Assembly: GCA_037441845.1 (NCBI GenBank)
Contig: JBBIRK010000001.1
Span: 369,284-433,283, forward strand
Origin: Candidatus Zixiibacteriota bacterium
GTDB taxonomy: Bacteria; Zixibacteria; MSB-5A5; UBA10806; 4484-95
Direction: 5' to 3'
DNA: 64,000 nucleotides
The number at the start of each line of letters is the position of its first letter. Within the stretch, counting starts at the first letter, position 1. Positions 61,057 to 64,000 of the stretch are shown here, in pieces. Position numbers and translations under genes: made by a program. A model generated the notes under the pieces. The model was not told the origin of the DNA, searched no databases, and saw only the letters and a program-made list of their open reading frames with translations.

Positions 61057-61643
61057 CGATTGAAAAGCTCCATTTCCACCAAGCCTATCATGACGTGCCC
61101 GATCGCTATATGCGCCTCTTGAATTCTCTGGACGTCGGCGGAGGGAACGCAAAGGGTGATATCCGTCAATCCTTTCAATTTGCCTCCGTCACCGCCGAGG
61201 AAGGCAATACTACGGACGCTCATTTTTCGCGCCGTATCCACCGCCTTGATCACGTTCGCGGAATTGCCCGAGGTGGATAATGCAACTAACAAATCCCCCG
61301 AAACGGCGAGCGCCTCGACCTGTCGGGAAAATATCGACTCGAATCCGAAATCGTTGCCGGCGGCGGTCAGAACCGAGGTGTCGGTGGTCAAGGCGAGCGC
61401 CGGAAGAGCCGGGCGATCGAACGAGCTGGACAGCCTCACCACGATTTCCGTGGCTAAATGCTGGCTGTCGGCCGCGGATCCACCATTGCCGCAGAACATT
61501 ATCTTCCCTCCGGCCTTAATCGTATCGGCCATCAGCAGAGCGGCGCTTTCGATCGCTGCGCACAAAGTATCGGCGCAGGCCTGTTTAACGGCCGCCGACT
61601 CCCTCAATTGATTTTCGATAAATCGCTGTCTGCTAATTTCCAT
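61053..61643 (-). CDS. gmhA: D-sedoheptulose-7-phosphate isomerase
   Basis: CGNGGSAADSQH, GNDFGF..IFSRQ, STSGNS, RIQEAH. Confidence 0.95.
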   Translation of the reverse strand: MEISRQRFIENQLRESAAVKQACADTLCAAIESAALLMADTIKAGGKIMFCGNGGSAADSQHLATEIVVRLSSSFDRPALPALALTTDTSVLTAAGNDFGFESIFSRQVEALAVSGDLLVALSTSGNSANVIKAVDTARKMSVRSIAFLGGDGGKLKGLTDITLCVPSADVQRIQEAHIAIGHVMIGLVEMELFNR

Positions 61644-61647
61644 CGCC

Positions 61648-62385
61648 CTAACGCAAATGAATAGCCCTGGCGAACGACCTGACCAAATTGGGTGAATCCT
61701 CGAGGGCGTTTCCGATCACCACAAAAGATGCTCCCGCGCACGCCAGATCGTGGGCCGTATTTTCATCTCTTATACCTCCGCCTACAATCACCGGTATATC
61801 CACATATTCACATACCTGCCTGACCATTTCCACCGGCACGTGCCTTTTGGCGCCCGAACCGGCCTCGAGATAAACGAGCTTCATCCCGAGATACTGGCCG
61901 GCAAGGGCATGAGCGCGGGCTATGTCCGGCTTGTCGCTGGGTATGGGGAAAGTATTGGAAATATACGAAACCGCGGTATGCACCCCCGATTCGATCAGCA
62001 TATAGGCGGTCGGGATCGGCTCCAGCCCGATCTGTTTAAGCGCAGGCGCCGCTTTAACCTGCTCACTTATGAGCAAATCGGGGTTGCGCCCGGAAATCAT
62101 CGATAAGAAAAGTATGGCATCCGCGTGCCGTGATACCATTGCCGACGAACCCGGGAAAATAATCACCGGTCTTTTGACGGCGTTCTTGACCGCCCGCAGA
62201 GATTTCTCGAAATGGTTGGCGATCAAAATCGACGAACCGAAAAGAAACGCATCGACCCCTGCTTTCTCGCACGAGGAAGCGAAAGAGACCAGGTTGCGCG
62301 GCGATAGGCGATCCGGATCGAGCAAGACCAAAAACCCGCATCCGCGGCGCTCCTTTATCGCCAGCAACTTATTATAGGTGGTCAT
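61648..62385 (-). CDS. Geranylgeranylglyceryl/heptaprenylglyceryl phosphate synthase (group II-like)
   Basis: LLDPD, IFPG, SMISGRNP..LI..Q, YLEAGSGA, VGGGIR, VIGN. Confidence 0.9.
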   Translation of the reverse strand: MTTYNKLLAIKERRGCGFLVLLDPDRLSPRNLVSFASSCEKAGVDAFLFGSSILIANHFEKSLRAVKNAVKRPVIIFPGSSAMVSRHADAILFLSMISGRNPDLLISEQVKAAPALKQIGLEPIPTAYMLIESGVHTAVSYISNTFPIPSDKPDIARAHALAGQYLGMKLVYLEAGSGAKRHVPVEMVRQVCEYVDIPVIVGGGIRDENTAHDLACAGASFVVIGNALEDSPNLVRSFARAIHLR

Positions 62386-64000
62386 TGCGAAAATCTGTCC
62401 TTCAAGGCGGATACCGCGGCCTCGATCTTGTCTATCGACAACGATCCTCTTATGGTCGGCTTGCCGCCCCCGCGCGCGTCGGCGGTGCTCATCAAAACCT
62501 CTTTCACGGCATTGGCCGAATCGTAGTTCGGCGAGTGGATGGCGAACTGCCCGGTCGTATCGGAAACGACGATGGTGGTGCTGCCGTTGATATCGGCGCC
62601 GTTCCGCGCTTTAATAGCGTCGAAATAACTCAAGAATTCGTCCGGCTTTTCGTTTTTGATTCTATGGAAGAACAGATACCCTTGCTTCGTCTGTAACTGG
62701 AGAATCGGAGCGTTTTGCGCCGCCTGTTGTTCGATTGTCTTGACATTCGACAAAGCTTTTTGTTTCTCGATTTTAACCATCTTATCGAGCAATTCGGCCG
62801 AGCGTAGGTCGAGATTATTTCGGGCCAACAGCCGGGGATGGATTTCGGCGCGCAGCGATTTCAGTTCGGCGATCAACTCCTGGCTCGGTTTTTCGCTTGG
62901 AGTTTTAAGAACCAGCTCCAACCTTTCCGACAAACCGTTCTGTGTTTCTTTGAAAAGATTAAGCTGCCTGCCCGTTATCGCCTCAATCCGCCTGATACCG
63001 GCGGCGACGGCGCTCTCGGACAAGATGAAAATGCCGCCGATATCGCCGGTATGGGTTACGTGGCATCCGCCGCATAGCTCCATGGAAAAATCGCCGGATT
63101 TGACCACCCGCACCGTTTCACCGTATTTTTCCCCGAACAGCGCCATGGCGCCCGCTTTTTTGGCATCTGCAAGACTCATAAATTGCCAACTCACCGGCAA
63201 ATCGGCTTCGATTTTCTCGTTGACCAACCTTTCAACCGCCTCGATTTCCGCGATGGTCATCGCCCTGAAATGGGAAAAATCGAAACGCAGCCTTTCCGGG
63301 GCCACCAGCGAACCGGATTGGGTGACGTGATCCCCGAGCACCATGCGCAGGGCTTTATGAAGCAGATGAGTGGCGGTATGATTGCGCTGTATATCGGCGC
63401 GGCGTTCGGCGTCGATTGCGGCCCTCACGTTGAGCCCCTCACAAATACCCCCGGCACTCCCTTGTATGATCTCGCCGATATGCACATGCTCATCGTTGAC
63501 TTTCAAGGTATCCGTCACCCGTATCCTGAAATTGTCGCCGGAAATCTCACCGGTATCTCCCACTTGCCCGCCGCTTTCGGCATAAAACGGGGTCTGTTCG
63601 AGAATCAACTGACATTTTCGATCGTCTATTTTGCCGCCCAGAATGGTGGTGGTGAGCTCACTTTCGCCATAGAGAAATTTCTCGATACCCGGCCTTCTTG
63701 CTCGAGAAGTCGTATCCATCGACAGCGGTTTGAATTTACTTTCGGCGCGCGACCGTTCCCGTTGTTGCTTGAGCTCCTTTTCGAATCCCCCCCAATCGAT
63801 GGATAGTCCTTTTTCGCGAGCCATAATCTCGGTCAAGTCCGGAGGGAAACCATAAGTATCATACAATTTGAATACGTCTTCGCCTCTAACCACTCCGCTC
63901 GTCCGCCGCGCGATTTCCTCGAACCGGGCAAGGCCGTTATCCAGAGTCCTGTTGAACTGCTCCTCTTCCGATTTTATCACCAGTTCAATTCGGCCTCTTT
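62382..64000 (-). CDS. alaS: Alanyl-tRNA synthetase (5' part outside the window)
   Basis: FKLYDTYGFP, TPFYAESGGQ, HTATHLLH, ALFGEKY, ELCGG.H, GIRRIEA. Confidence 0.97.
   Translation of the reverse strand, partial: RGRIELVIKSEEEQFNRTLDNGLARFEEIARRTSGVVRGEDVFKLYDTYGFPPDLTEIMAREKGLSIDWGGFEKELKQQRERSRAESKFKPLSMDTTSRARRPGIEKFLYGESELTTTILGGKIDDRKCQLILEQTPFYAESGGQVGDTGEISGDNFRIRVTDTLKVNDEHVHIGEIIQGSAGGICEGLNVRAAIDAERRADIQRNHTATHLLHKALRMVLGDHVTQSGSLVAPERLRFDFSHFRAMTIAEIEAVERLVNEKIEADLPVSWQFMSLADAKKAGAMALFGEKYGETVRVVKSGDFSMELCGGCHVTHTGDIGGIFILSESAVAAGIRRIEAITGRQLNLFKETQNGLSERLELVLKTPSEKPSQELIAELKSLRAEIHPRLLARNNLDLRSAELLDKMVKIEKQKALSNVKTIEQQAAQNAPILQLQTKQGYLFFHRIKNEKPDEFLSYFDAIKARNGADINGSTTIVVSDTTGQFAIHSPNYDSANAVKEVLMSTADARGGGKPTIRGSLSIDKIEAAVSALKDRFSQ

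Noticed and set aside
1..64000. CRISPR arrays, tRNA/rRNA, IS elements, prophage
   Set aside because: No regularly spaced repeats, cloverleafs, transposase, integrase or phage genes recognised by eye.

Overview
Bacterial chromosomal window, probably from an FCB-superphylum lineage such as Zixibacteria (inferred from T9SS-type C-terminal domains, Cys-bridged dockerin-like modules and a group II GGGP synthase). From left to right it holds: a secreted hydrolase cluster (M6 protease, Asp-box protein, gingipain-like C25 peptidase, 5'-nucleotidase); a radical SAM gene; a HEPN/MNT pair; a candidate structured ncRNA; an RRE-M50-HlyD fusion and a GNAT; a sigma54-driven lipoprotein gene broken by an in-frame TGA; recA; a five-gene synthase-type exopolysaccharide operon; a SulP operon with a phosphorelay that has no DNA-binding output; a transketolase-like gene; a metal-uptake operon with a CxxC/RSPP leader ORF; an M14 peptidase; panC; lon; rpmH-rnpA-yidD-yidC; and an alaS-GGGPS-gmhA-flippase-GT4-GT4-phosphoglycosyltransferase-moxR run. 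No rRNA, tRNA, CRISPR array or transposase was recognised. The best leads are the exopolysaccharide operon, a propeller gene apparently split by a C25 cassette, recurrent leaderless promoters, the metal-sensing leader peptide, and GGGPS coupled to surface-glycan genes. All calls come from motif reading by eye; no database search or folding program was run.
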